DNA from: a bacterium
GTDB lineage: Bacteria > UBA8248
DNA length: 64,000 bases
Direction: 5' to 3'
Assembly: GCA_965213685.1 (NCBI GenBank)
Contig: CBDBZY010000036.1
Location: forward strand, 96,001 to 160,000
The notes beneath the pieces were generated by a model, which was not told where the DNA came from, did no database searches, and saw only the letters and a list, made by a program, of their open reading frames with translations. Below are positions 51,120 to 61,427 of the stretch, in pieces. Positions within the stretch are counted from its first letter, which is position 1. Every line of letters starts with the position of its first letter. The translations under genes were made by a program, and so were the position numbers.

Positions 51120-52839
51120 TCAGCGGGCGGGGAGGGCGCGAAGCACCTCCCGCTCTCGCCTCGCCTTTTCGGTATCTCCCGTTTTTTCATAGTGCGCCAG
51201 CAGGCGTTGATGCACCACCCGAATGAATGGATTGATCTCCAACACCTCCTCCCACGCCCTCAGCGCGCGCTTCGGGTGCTGGCCCATCTCGCTCGCCAGC
51301 GCCTGGTGGACGTAGGTCATCGCGTAATCCGGGTCCACCTCCAGCGCCTTGCGGATATGGCGCTCGGCCTGCGGAATCATGCCGAGGCGAATCTCCGCCT
51401 GGGCCGCGCGATTGAGCAGGGGCTGGGAGTAGGGCTCATCCCGCAACGCGCGACGATACTCCAACAAGGCCGCCCGCATTCTCCCGCGAAACGAGAGCCT
51501 GTCTCCCAGCCGCATCCGCCTTCTCGCGACGGCACTTTTGAGGGCCGCCAGGTCCATCGCCCGCTCGTCCATCGGCCCCTTGGGCTTCAGCTTCGGCTGG
51601 GAAACCCGGGCGCCCGGACGGGCGCGCAGGGGAAGTTTCTTCAGGTACGCTATCCAGAGTTTCTCAAACCCGCCCAAATCCACTCCGGCGAGCACCCGAA
51701 GCCCGGGCTCGGCGCTCTGGGGCGGGCCGGTGGCCTCCAGCTCCACGAGGCTCGCCCGCCCGCGGGAACGCGCCCTCGCGCCATCCTCCCCGGACGCTCC
51801 CCCCTGCGGTTGGGCGGGCGCGGCGTTCCGGATGCCCGCGAGCAGGCGAACGAGTGCGCGCGCACCCATTGTGCGGCGGATGAAATCCACGGCGGAAGCC
51901 GCCTCCGCGTAAGCCAGATGAATGTCGCGCGGCGTATCGAGATAGATGAGGCTCGGCTCCATCTTCCGGAACGCGATATAGCGGTTCGTCTCCCGCGCGT
52001 CATGGAGCAGGGCCTCCTCCCCCGGATGGAGATAGCCGCGCCCCCCCGCCCCGCCATTTTTTCTCCAGATACTTGGCGATTCCCTCATGGAGCCAGATGG
52101 GCGCGCGATTGTTCGTGGCGCGAACGACGAGATAGTGGACGTATTCATGCGCCGCGGTGTCGAGCCAGCGGTAGCCCCGCAGAAGCGAGCCGGGGGAGAG
52201 GAGCATCAGCTTGTTGAACTTGCACACCCCCACCGCCCCTTTCTCCTCGATGTCGCGCCTCGAGAGGGTGGATGACTTGTGAAAGCGCCCCGGATCCGAG
52301 AAAACCTCCACCCGAACGCGCTCCCGGGGCCTCTCGTTCAACTCCTCTCCATACCGCACATAGGCACTCTCCAGGGCGTCGCCCAGATAGGGCAGCAAAG
52401 CGGCGTCCGCGCGCGGGTCGTACCATATGTCGAAATGCGCCGTCTTGCGCACCTCGTAGCCCTGAAGCGCCGCTTGCGTCTGGCGCACGTGGAGCCTGAG
52501 TTCGAGCCACTCGCCATCGCCCGGCTTTTTCTTGAGCGCCGCGTTGAGGTGGGAGATCGCCTCCGGAAACCGGCCGGCCAGGTAATCGGCGGCACCGGAA
52601 AGCGCCCGCCATTCCGCCAGCCCGGGAGACTTGCGCCGAAGGGCGGCGATCTTTTTTCGGGCGGCCGCCAGATTCCACGCCCGAAGCGCATCCACCACCG
52701 CCCCATATCCGTCCGGTCGCTTCACCTCCTGCGACAAGGGCGCCGCGCGGTTGACGGTATGCGCTCGGGCGGGCGGGACGAGCGCCAGAACCTGGAAAAC
52801 GCAGAGGATCGCCAGAAACGCCGTTTTTCGCGCCATCAT
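51120..52839 (-). CDS. Secreted TPR + gluzincin (peptidase MA-like) protein, frameshifted (+1 G at 52041-52047)
   Basis: Signal peptide, TPR, AHEYVH...WLHEGIAKY; continues in another frame as GYLHP...LAYAEA plus C-terminal TPRs. Confidence 0.8.
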
Positions 52840-55800
52840 TTGGTCAGCCTGTCAAAATAATTTTCAATCTCGCCCCGCATCGCGCCCGGCAGACCGTCTT
52901 TCATCGCCTCCATGATCTCCTCGCGGAACTTGGCGGGCACCTTGTACTGCTCCCTGTCGGGTATCAGCACCTCGCTGAACTGCGTGCCGAGGCTCCCGTC
53001 CTCCTGCTGGTCGCGCTGATTTCCGCCCTCGCGGGGAAAGTTCGGGTTTCGGGACCACCAGGGCCTCCCCCTGCCCATGCCCGGGCGCAGGATGCCGAAC
53101 CCCCGGGGCGTGCCCAGGCCGACGCTGCCCCGCTGGGCCATCTGCCGCATGGCTTGCTGCATGGAGTTCTGGCCCTGGGCGAGCTTGCGTATCGCCTGCT
53201 CCTCGGCGGGCACCGCGCGGGAGGAGCTGCGTTTTTTCAAGAACGCGGCCGCCTGCTCCATCAACTCTCCCGCCTCCGCGATTCTCCGCAGGATGCCCGG
53301 GTTGATGAACGGATACACCTGCATCATCTGGCGCAGCCGCCGCTCAAAACCCCCCAGCCGCCTGCGCAGAGACTCCTGCCGGAAGCGCAATCCCTCCAGC
53401 TTGGCGATTTCCGTCCCTCCCGAGCGGTTTTCGGATTTCTCCAAAAGCAGCCGCAGGGTTTCGGCCACCCGCATCCAGGGTGCGGTCCCGGCGCCCTCCG
53501 CGTTCTTCAACGCCTCCCCGCGCGCGTCCGCCCTCCCCTCCCCTCCCGGTGCGGAGCGGGCACAGGGCGACGCACGGAGGGCCGCCGTCCACTCCGGCAG
53601 CCTCTGGAAGACGATGCCCCACTCCCCTTTCTTCAGCATCGCGTCCATCTCGGACAGCGCCCGCATCCTCTCGCGCTGCGTCTTCTCGGCGCGCATCCGG
53701 GGAGATGATTCTTCCTCCCTCCCAGCCTGCGGCGCCGGCGGCGCGTCTCCGGCGGATTCAGCCGTCCCTCCGGCGGGCGGGCAACCGGGCGCCAGCGGCC
53801 TTCTGGCCGCCTCATCCTCTCGCCTCCAGGCGGCCCTGGCGTTTCTGGACACCTGGGCGACCTCCTCCGGCCATTCCTGCCTGAGGCGATCCACCACATT
53901 CTCCAGGATTCCCACCGTCTCGCCCAGGATGGCCTGCTGCTCCTCCACGATGGAGGCCAGCTCGCTCTGCCGGCGCTGGATGGGCCTGCCCCCGCGCTGG
54001 CTCATCATCTGCTGGCGCTGCACCCCCCGCAGGGCCATGCGCATTCTCTGCAGCTGGCTCATCAGGCGCCTGAGTTCCTCCAGCGCGCCCTTGAAGTTGT
54101 TCTGGCGCATCATCTGGCGAATCCGCTGGAAGGCCTCCATCATATTCCGCATGGGCATCTCGCGCATGCTGCGCTGGTTCATGAACTCGGCGGGCATGCG
54201 CTGGGCCAGGGAAGCCATCTGCCGCATCAGCTTGCCCAGCTCTTCCCGGAGCCTCTCCAGCTCCCTCTCAACGCGGGCGACCGCCTCCTTGTCCGCGCCC
54301 TGTCTGCGCATTTTCTCCAGGGCGCGCTCGATGGCCCTTTGTCTCTGGATCATCGATTCCGTCGTGCGGCCCGCCCTGTCCACGCGGACGTTGCGCTGTA
54401 TCTCCTCTCCCATCGTGGCGAGACGCTCGAGGGTTTCGGTCGCCTCCTCTTGCCGGGCGGCCATTTCTCGCTGCAGCCGCTCCCGCTCTCGCCGCGCTTT
54501 CGCCCCCGCGCCCATCTTCGATAGTTTCGCGAGCGGCTGGAGGTATCGGGAAATCGCGTCCTCCAGTTGCCGCGCCAGCGTGGACAAATCCATGTCGGCG
54601 AGCGTCTCGCGCGGATTCTTGGGCCGCAGGTTCGCCCGCGCCCGCTTGATTCGCCCCAGAATTTCTTTCGCCTTTCTCTCGAGCGTCCCTCCCCTGCCGG
54701 CGGTTTTCCGGGGCGCTCCCGTCCCTCTCTCCCCGGTTTCGGGCGGAAGGTCCTTCTCCAGATAATCGCCCAGCAAGTCGAGGAGCGCATTGGAAATTTC
54801 GCCCAGATTTCTGTCCAGGCCGGCCATCACGGCCTCCCTGTCGCGGACGCGAATCCGATAGGTTTTGCTCGTCCCGATTTTCGGGCCGCTCACCGTGTCC
54901 CCGTCCCGGGCGATGAAACGATAGGAGATGACGCCGCCCGGACGAACCCCCATCGCCCGGAGCCCGAACTCATAGCGGCCGTTCGCGCTTTTTCGGGGGG
55001 TCTCCCCGCTCCACATCTTGACCCGCCTCGCGCGACGGCCGTCGAGCCGGGCCTCGAGATGGACGCTTTTCAGGCCAAAATCGTCGGAGGCCCGATAGGT
55101 CACGGGCACGCGCTCATCCGCCTCGACCGTGAGGTCCCCGGACGGGCGCGTCACCGCCACCTTGGGATAGGCGTCGGGGATGATGTCGATTTGATAGCGT
55201 CGGGGCGCCAGGTTGGAAAATCCGTGCGCGTCTTTCAGGCGAACCTGGTAGGAGCCCGCACCGCCCAGTATCATCTTTCCGTGCAGCAAAAAATGGTTTC
55301 CCGCATGGGGGATCTGGCGTGATGGCTGCTGTTGCGCGAAAGGCATCCTCTTTCCGCGCAACAAAAATTGGTTTCCGGCGGGCTTCAAGGGCAATCGCCA
55401 GCCATCGGCCAGGGAGATGAGCGCCTCCTGAACCGGCTTGTTCGTCTTGACCGCCAGGCGGACCTCGGAGCCCATATAGGCGCGGATATGGCCGCCGTTC
55501 CGCCCCCGGACGGATTTCAGCTTCGTGTACTCGGGGGGATACTGCACCACCTCGATGGACTCCACCCTCGGCGGAGCGACCACGCGAATTTGAAGCGTCC
55601 GGGAATGAAACCTGCCCGCGCGCGCCGTGATGCGCGCGTCCGCTCCGGCGCCCGGCCAACGCCCCCGAAAATGGCGGGAGGCCACCTTCTTCAGCGCGAT
55701 GGCGGATGGGGCCGAGGCGCCTTCCCGAACGTCCAGTTCCACGGAATCCACCTCCCGTCCCGTGGTCCGCACGTCGAACGCGACGGGCATCCCGGGCAGG

Positions 55801-56420
55801 ACCGTCGTGCGGCTCGCCTGAATCGCGAGATGCGTGATTCTCGAGGGCATGAGGTCCACCGCGTTCGCCAGGAGATAGCCCGCGCGCGGATAGAGGCCCG
55901 GCCAGACGAACGCCAGGAGAATCACGCCGACCGCCAGAACGCTGGCGAGTCGCCCGAGCCGCTGGAAAGCGGCGGGAGAGACGTAGGCGTCCGAGTCCAG
56001 CGATTCCACCTCGCGGCCGGTGTCATGCACCAGCGCATCGATGAGGGCGGGCGAGGTGGGGTCGTCATCGCCCAGCTCGCCCCTGCGCGGGAAAAGCTGG
56101 AGGGAGCTGATGAGGTTGCTGCCCAGGTCCGGATGGTGCTTTTCGATGTCGAGCGCGATGCTTTCCCGCCTCGGGCGCCGGGTCATCAGCCACCAGGAGC
56201 GGGCGGCCGTCAGGCCGAGCAGGAGAATCGCCAGCACGACGTAGATGATGGCCGAATAGCCGAAACGCGCTTGAGAAACGACCGCCGCCGGAGCGAGCAG
56301 CAACACGGAAAGCAGGCCCAAGGCGAGAACCATCCCCGCCTCGGATCGCCTGACCCGGAGGCGGGCGCGAATCACGGAATCGAGGAACCCGGTTATCTTC
56401 TCAAAAGACCGCTCCGCCAT
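52836..56420 (-). CDS. DUF4175-like large membrane-anchored coiled-coil protein
   Basis: N-terminal TMs, YPPEYT, ASDDFGL, ARDGDTVSGPKIG, Q/M/R-rich coiled coil, C-terminal IENYFDRL. Confidence 0.78.
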   Translation of the reverse strand: MAERSFEKITGFLDSVIRARLRVRRSEAGMVLALGLLSVLLLAPAAVVSQARFGYSAIIYVVLAILLLGLTAARSWWLMTRRPRRESIALDIEKHHPDLGSNLISSLQLFPRRGELGDDDPTSPALIDALVHDTGREVESLDSDAYVSPAAFQRLGRLASVLAVGVILLAFVWPGLYPRAGYLLANAVDLMPSRITHLAIQASRTTVLPGMPVAFDVRTTGREVDSVELDVREGASAPSAIALKKVASRHFRGRWPGAGADARITARAGRFHSRTLQIRVVAPPRVESIEVVQYPPEYTKLKSVRGRNGGHIRAYMGSEVRLAVKTNKPVQEALISLADGWRLPLKPAGNQFLLRGKRMPFAQQQPSRQIPHAGNHFLLHGKMILGGAGSYQVRLKDAHGFSNLAPRRYQIDIIPDAYPKVAVTRPSGDLTVEADERVPVTYRASDDFGLKSVHLEARLDGRRARRVKMWSGETPRKSANGRYEFGLRAMGVRPGGVISYRFIARDGDTVSGPKIGTSKTYRIRVRDREAVMAGLDRNLGEISNALLDLLGDYLEKDLPPETGERGTGAPRKTAGRGGTLERKAKEILGRIKRARANLRPKNPRETLADMDLSTLARQLEDAISRYLQPLAKLSKMGAGAKARRERERLQREMAARQEEATETLERLATMGEEIQRNVRVDRAGRTTESMIQRQRAIERALEKMRRQGADKEAVARVERELERLREELGKLMRQMASLAQRMPAEFMNQRSMREMPMRNMMEAFQRIRQMMRQNNFKGALEELRRLMSQLQRMRMALRGVQRQQMMSQRGGRPIQRRQSELASIVEEQQAILGETVGILENVVDRLRQEWPEEVAQVSRNARAAWRREDEAARRPLAPGCPPAGGTAESAGDAPPAPQAGREEESSPRMRAEKTQRERMRALSEMDAMLKKGEWGIVFQRLPEWTAALRASPCARSAPGGEGRADARGEALKNAEGAGTAPWMRVAETLRLLLEKSENRSGGTEIAKLEGLRFRQESLRRRLGGFERRLRQMMQVYPFINPGILRRIAEAGELMEQAAAFLKKRSSSRAVPAEEQAIRKLAQGQNSMQQAMRQMAQRGSVGLGTPRGFGILRPGMGRGRPWWSRNPNFPREGGNQRDQQEDGSLGTQFSEVLIPDREQYKVPAKFREEIMEAMKDGLPGAMRGEIENYFDRLTK

Positions 56421-56534
56421 CTCTCGCTCCTCCTCCGACGGGCGCGCGCGCAGGCACGAGGCGCACATGTTACCACTTTCGGTTCGCGCGCGGCATCCCC
56501 GGGAAAATCGGGCCCGCCGCCCCCCCGGGGGGCG

Positions 56535-58904
56535 CTACGCCAATCCCCAAAGACGTCTGAGCGTCCATTCCACGCCCGGCAGCAAGATGAGAATCATGCC
56601 GACCCAGGGAACGCTCCAGAGCCTGACGTCCCGCACTTCCATGACCTTGTGCGGCACCTTGCCTTTTAACGCCTCCAGGACGCGGGCGCTCACATCCTCG
56701 CCCCCCAGCGCGCTTGCCCGAAAAAACAGCCCCCCCGTGCCCTTCGCCAGGGCGCGAAGATTCTCCCAGCGCGGGCTGACGTCGGCCCACTCCGCCTTGC
56801 CCGCCTCCCGGCCGACGGCGATCGTCCGCACCGCCTCGCCGATGACCCGACCCCCATGGGCGGCTTTCATCCTCGCCTGATAACTGCCATTCCCCCGAGG
56901 CCGGAAGCGAATCTCGAACTCCCGGGAATCCGGGCGATACGCCGCGCGATATTGATGGGCGACGCCATAGGGGTCGCGCAGCGACACCTGCACTTGTGCC
57001 GCCTGGGCCGGCTGATACGACGCGTCGCGCACCTGCATCCGGAGGACATACATCCCGTCCCTGGCCTGTTCCGCCTCCGGGAAAATCTGGACCTGCGAGC
57101 TGCCCGGATCGCCCGAAAGCCACCGGACCATCTGCGCGACCATGCGGATGTAGAGACGATTCGTCCGCTCCGCCGCCACCATCCCGAAATTCCATCTCCA
57201 GGTATCGTCCGAGAATATGGACAGCACCCTGCCCTCGCCCACCCGCTTTGCGGCGATGAGAGGAACGCCTCCGCCTTTCGTGGCAAGGAGCACCTGCCCC
57301 CTCCCGAACGGCGTTGTGACGTTGACGCGCCGCAGGGGGGGAAACAAGGTCCAGAGTTTCCTGTTCTCGTCCAGGTCGGAAGACAATCGGGTGACGGGAT
57401 GCCTGCCGCCCGTCGGGGTGAGCGCAAAGCGAAGGCTCCGCTGGTCCTCGTAATCATTCGCCTGCCGCAAGCGCACGGGGAGGACGTCCTCGATGGGAGT
57501 GCGATAGTAGCCGCCCGCGCTGAAGGAGCGCCTGCCGCCGAACATGAGCAGCGCGCCCCCCTTGCGGACATAATCCCTCACGCGCTCCAGGTAATAGTTG
57601 CTGAAATACTCCTGGGTGGAGAAGTTGTCGAAAACCACGATCTCGAAATTCTTGAGTTCCTCCAGAAACAACTTGTCCACCGGAAACGGCACGAGGCTGA
57701 GGTTTTGGGTCGGAACCCCGGGATCGTCCTCGGAGGTGCGCAGGAAGACGAACGACACGAGGTCGATGGCGGGGTCGCGCTTGAGCGCCATCCGCAAAAA
57801 GCGATAGTTCCACGTGGGCGCGCCCGAGATCGTCAAAATCCGGATCTTGTCGCGCCGGATCTCCAGGGGAATCTCCACCCGGTTGTTCGACTCGACGATT
57901 TCGCCGCGCTGCACGGGAGTCACCACGCGCAACACCTGGCTTCCCACTTCATTCGGCGTGAACCGGAATTCGACGAGACGGCGCAGCGGGCCGCGCCTCA
58001 CGTCTATCGACTGGGTCCGGACGATGCGGCCCTCGCGGGTCAGGGCGACGGGCAGCTTCCGACCCGAGAATCCCTTGACGGACAGCGAGACCTCCAGGCG
58101 CACCTCCTTGCCCTGAAAGGCGATGCGCGGGGCCTGCACGTCCTGGATGGCGATATCCCGAAAAGACTCCGGCGCCCCGAATCCCACGCCGATGAGGGGG
58201 GGGAAAGACTTCACGTCCTCGGGCGGCAAAACCGCCCCGGTGGTGTCTCCCCCGTCCGAAAGCATCAGGATGCCGAGGGGACCTTCCCGCGTTCTCCGCT
58301 CCCCGCCGCCCGCGGCGGCCGATGGCGCGCCCTCGACGCTGCGCAGGACGCCTCGTATCGCGCCGAGCGGGTCGCTGCCCGATCCTACGGCCTGGAGATT
58401 TTTCAGCTCCCCGAGGCCGATGGGCGCCCTGTCCGCGTCATAGCGGACCAGATGCACGTCGTAGAGCGCCCGCAGACGCGAGAGCAGCCCCGGGGGGGAC
58501 TCGTCGCCGCCCCTCTCCCCTTTTTCTTCTTTGTCCTCCGCTCCCCCCGCCCGCGAGCGCTCCCCGTCCCCGGGGGCCAACAAGAAATCCCTGGCCAGGC
58601 GGATGCGCGTCCTCTTTTCGTTCGCATCCCGAACGCTCATGCTCGCCGAGCTGTCGATGAGAACGAGCAGCTTGGGCGGCAGGGAGCGCTCGCGCCTGTC
58701 GATCAGCGTGGGGACGGAGAGGAAAAAAACGATCGCCGCATAGAGCAAGCCCCTGAGCGCCTGCAGCAGCCATACGCGCCCCGGCGGGAGTTTTTCGGTC
58801 AAATCCCGATGCCGGCGAACCAGCGCCCATCCCAGCGCGGCGGCGGCGAGGAGAAGCGCCCACCAGGGAGCGCCGCCGGGCCAATGGAGGGTGGACCAGT
58901 CCAT
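56535..58904 (-). CDS. vWA + glutamine-amidotransferase-like membrane protein
   Basis: N-terminal TMs, DSSASM, LSDG, GGALLMFGG..SF..GGY..TPI..VLPV, WRW, C-terminal EWTLRR..GL. Confidence 0.82.
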   Translation of the reverse strand: MDWSTLHWPGGAPWWALLLAAAALGWALVRRHRDLTEKLPPGRVWLLQALRGLLYAAIVFFLSVPTLIDRRERSLPPKLLVLIDSSASMSVRDANEKRTRIRLARDFLLAPGDGERSRAGGAEDKEEKGERGGDESPPGLLSRLRALYDVHLVRYDADRAPIGLGELKNLQAVGSGSDPLGAIRGVLRSVEGAPSAAAGGGERRTREGPLGILMLSDGGDTTGAVLPPEDVKSFPPLIGVGFGAPESFRDIAIQDVQAPRIAFQGKEVRLEVSLSVKGFSGRKLPVALTREGRIVRTQSIDVRRGPLRRLVEFRFTPNEVGSQVLRVVTPVQRGEIVESNNRVEIPLEIRRDKIRILTISGAPTWNYRFLRMALKRDPAIDLVSFVFLRTSEDDPGVPTQNLSLVPFPVDKLFLEELKNFEIVVFDNFSTQEYFSNYYLERVRDYVRKGGALLMFGGRRSFSAGGYYRTPIEDVLPVRLRQANDYEDQRSLRFALTPTGGRHPVTRLSSDLDENRKLWTLFPPLRRVNVTTPFGRGQVLLATKGGGVPLIAAKRVGEGRVLSIFSDDTWRWNFGMVAAERTNRLYIRMVAQMVRWLSGDPGSSQVQIFPEAEQARDGMYVLRMQVRDASYQPAQAAQVQVSLRDPYGVAHQYRAAYRPDSREFEIRFRPRGNGSYQARMKAAHGGRVIGEAVRTIAVGREAGKAEWADVSPRWENLRALAKGTGGLFFRASALGGEDVSARVLEALKGKVPHKVMEVRDVRLWSVPWVGMILILLPGVEWTLRRLWGLA

Positions 58905-58910
58905 GACAAT

Positions 58911-59738
58911 CTACCCCTGGTTCAATCTGCGCTGGATGAAGGGATGATGGATGAGGTCCTGCTTGTAGTTTCCGGTCATCGAGTAGAGGGCGACGTTCAC
59001 CGCCAGATGGAAGGCCGCGCTGCGCTGGGCCTCACCGCCCGGGACGCATTCCTCGAGCCATCCGCCGCCAGGCCCCCTCGCCCAGGCACCACCCAGGTCG
59101 TTCCGGCAAAAAATCACGGGCGTGAACATGCCGACGCGGATGCCCAGCAAATCCTGGCTGACGGACTGCCGCCCGCCCACGGTGCGAAGCAGGTAATAGC
59201 TCTTGAAAACGGCGTGCTCCCGCGGAAGGGCCTCAAAGGCGTTTTTCGGGAAAACCAGGCGCATGAGTCTTTCGACGGCCCCGCCGAACGCCTCGTCCTC
59301 CAGCCCCAGGCCATCGTCGATGAGCAAGAAGCCCCCATAGGTCAGGTGGCGCCTGAGATTGCCAATCGCTCCGGAGCCGGGCATCTCGAACTCGTAGCGT
59401 CCCGACATGTACAGAAAAGGATGCTCGAATATCTCGGGCGAGGAGATTTCCACCGGCTTCGCGTCCCGGGCGGTTTCGATGCTCGTGCGCTTTTGCACCT
59501 CATCCAGAAAAGAAGCCATGGCCGTGGGATATTCCTGCCAGCGTCCGCCCGGATAGCGCAGGTGCGCCGGCGTGAAATCCGGGCGGAGTCGCTTCTCCTC
59601 GCCGGGCTCGGAAAAAAGCCGGCCGCCGCGGAATTGCCCCCTCGCCCGTCCGGGAGAGGCCAGCAACGCGGCTGCGGCCATCGCGGCGCGCGCGATGAAC
59701 TCGCGCCGTCGGAAAGATGATTTAGGGAACATCGACAT
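58911..59738 (-). CDS. DUF4159 domain protein with Tat-like signal
   Basis: RRREFI twin-arginine leader; PFLYMSG, GGFLLIDD, NDLGGAW, NVALYSMTGNYKQD. Confidence 0.82.
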   Translation of the reverse strand: MSMFPKSSFRRREFIARAAMAAAALLASPGRARGQFRGGRLFSEPGEEKRLRPDFTPAHLRYPGGRWQEYPTAMASFLDEVQKRTSIETARDAKPVEISSPEIFEHPFLYMSGRYEFEMPGSGAIGNLRRHLTYGGFLLIDDGLGLEDEAFGGAVERLMRLVFPKNAFEALPREHAVFKSYYLLRTVGGRQSVSQDLLGIRVGMFTPVIFCRNDLGGAWARGPGGGWLEECVPGGEAQRSAAFHLAVNVALYSMTGNYKQDLIHHPFIQRRLNQG

Positions 59739-60615
59739 CCGGCAGCACCACATAGGTCGTCGGGGGCGGCAGCCTGCGGCGCGTCAGAATCAGTTCCGTT
59801 TTTTTCGGGCGAACGACCCTGCGTATCCCCTCCGCCCGCAGTGCGCGCGCGAACTGACCGGGCAGTTCGGGACCAAAGTAGTGCATCGGTATGACAATGT
59901 TGGGGCCGATGCGCTTGACGATTTTGGCCGCCACCTCATGGGGCACCGTAAACGAGCCGTCAATCGGGAGCAGGAGCACGTGAATCTTCCCCAGCACCCG
60001 AATCTGGCCGGTCGAGGGGCCGAAGCGCGCGTTTCCGAAGTGGGCGACGCAAAGGCCGCCCGCCTGAAAAACATAAATGGTATTGATGACGATGGAGAAT
60101 TGCTCGTCTCCGCTCCGCTGCGGAAAAGAGGCGATTCGCAGGTTTCCGAACGTCTTGTCGATCGGGTTTGCGTTCCCCTCGGCCGTTACGCCGAAAAAAA
60201 TTTCCGACTTCCCCTCGTAGGGTCCGGTGCGGGCGTGCGTCTCGTGAAAATTGCTGACGGTGACCGCCTCGGGCGGCGGATTCAAGACGGGATCGACGTA
60301 GGGGTCCATCACGGCCCGTCCGCCCCCGGGGGCGCTGATCCAAAAACTCGAATGCCCCAAGTATCGCAATCGCACCTCCTGTTTCCGCTGGGCACTCGCC
60401 CATCCGCCCCGCATCGACACGGGGATGAAGCGCCCGTCGCGGCGGACGATTCCGGGCTTGCATATGCCGCCGGCCGCCCACAGGAGGCTCGATGGGAGAA
60501 AAACGAAAACACAGACGAAGACGACCGGCAGAATGGTTCTTCTTGACGGAAAGCGGCCTCCCCCGCGCGGGGCAGGCATGCGCTCACGAGTCGGGGTCAA
60601 GATGAGATTCTCCAT
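59722..60615 (-). CDS. MBL-fold metallo-hydrolase (Lactamase_B_3-like), probably exported; start uncertain
   Basis: YLGHSSF, MDPY, HFG, LPIDG, IPMHY; metal motif is atypical (SNFHETH). Confidence 0.75.
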   Translation of the reverse strand: MENLILTPTRERMPAPRGGGRFPSRRTILPVVFVCVFVFLPSSLLWAAGGICKPGIVRRDGRFIPVSMRGGWASAQRKQEVRLRYLGHSSFWISAPGGGRAVMDPYVDPVLNPPPEAVTVSNFHETHARTGPYEGKSEIFFGVTAEGNANPIDKTFGNLRIASFPQRSGDEQFSIVINTIYVFQAGGLCVAHFGNARFGPSTGQIRVLGKIHVLLLPIDGSFTVPHEVAAKIVKRIGPNIVIPMHYFGPELPGQFARALRAEGIRRVVRPKKTELILTRRRLPPPTTYVVLPDVDVP

Positions 60616-60717
60616 GGCGGCACCATGAATGAACAGGCGCACTATACCTCTTTTTTGCCGCCATGAATAGTCCCCTCCCCATCAGGGCAGAGGGCGTCGG
60701 TGGATTGCGCTTCCGCA

Positions 60718-61287
60718 TCATCCGCCGCGCACGTTCCCCTCCGGCAAAGCCCGCCGCCACGGGAAACGCCATATCGACCCGAGCAGCAGACACGCCTTCA
60801 GCACGTCCGTGACGAGGTAGGCGCCGTGGTAGCGCCCGAATTCCCTTTTGATGGAAGAGGCGATGGAGGAGGCGGCCCCCGCCGAAGAGGAAGAATACAC
60901 CTCGGCGTCCGCCAGCGCCCTCCCCAACGCCTCTATCCGGGGCGAAAACCAGAACACGTGCACGCCCACGATGAGGAGCAGGCAGATGGCGAGGGCGAGC
61001 GGCAGGCCGTCCGTGCGCCCCGTCCGCCAGACGAGAAGGAGCAGGGAGACGCCGAAAACGAGTTGCAGCCGGTTCCAGGCGCGGAACACGCGGCTGTTGA
61101 TCTCCCGGGCGGCCAGGCGGCCTTTCCATTCCGCAGCAGATGCGGGCTGGAACAGCTTCGACGCCGCCGGATTCTTCTCCGGGTGGAATGTGCTGAATGA
61201 ATTTGTCGCCACCCACCAGACGCCCAGCGTGAGGGCGAGCCACGATACGAGAAGGGCAAAGCGAAAAGAGCGAATCCCGGCAGCCAA
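60718..61287 (-). CDS. DUF4149/TMEM205-like membrane protein
   Basis: TTG start after GGAGG; 4 TM segments; EFGRYHGAY motif. Confidence 0.65.
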   Translation of the reverse strand: MAAGIRSFRFALLVSWLALTLGVWWVATNSFSTFHPEKNPAASKLFQPASAAEWKGRLAAREINSRVFRAWNRLQLVFGVSLLLLVWRTGRTDGLPLALAICLLLIVGVHVFWFSPRIEALGRALADAEVYSSSSAGAASSIASSIKREFGRYHGAYLVTDVLKACLLLGSIWRFPWRRALPEGNVRGG

Positions 61288-61427
61288 ACCGGCCTCCGAA
61301 CGCGGCGAGGGGAGCGGCTCATCGGACAGGTGCGCAATATACGCGACAAGCCGCGCAGTCCACAACCTGCCGCGCCCATCCCGTCGCAGCTGGGCGCCGC
61401 GCGGGACGCGGGCGGCGGAGGCGTTTT

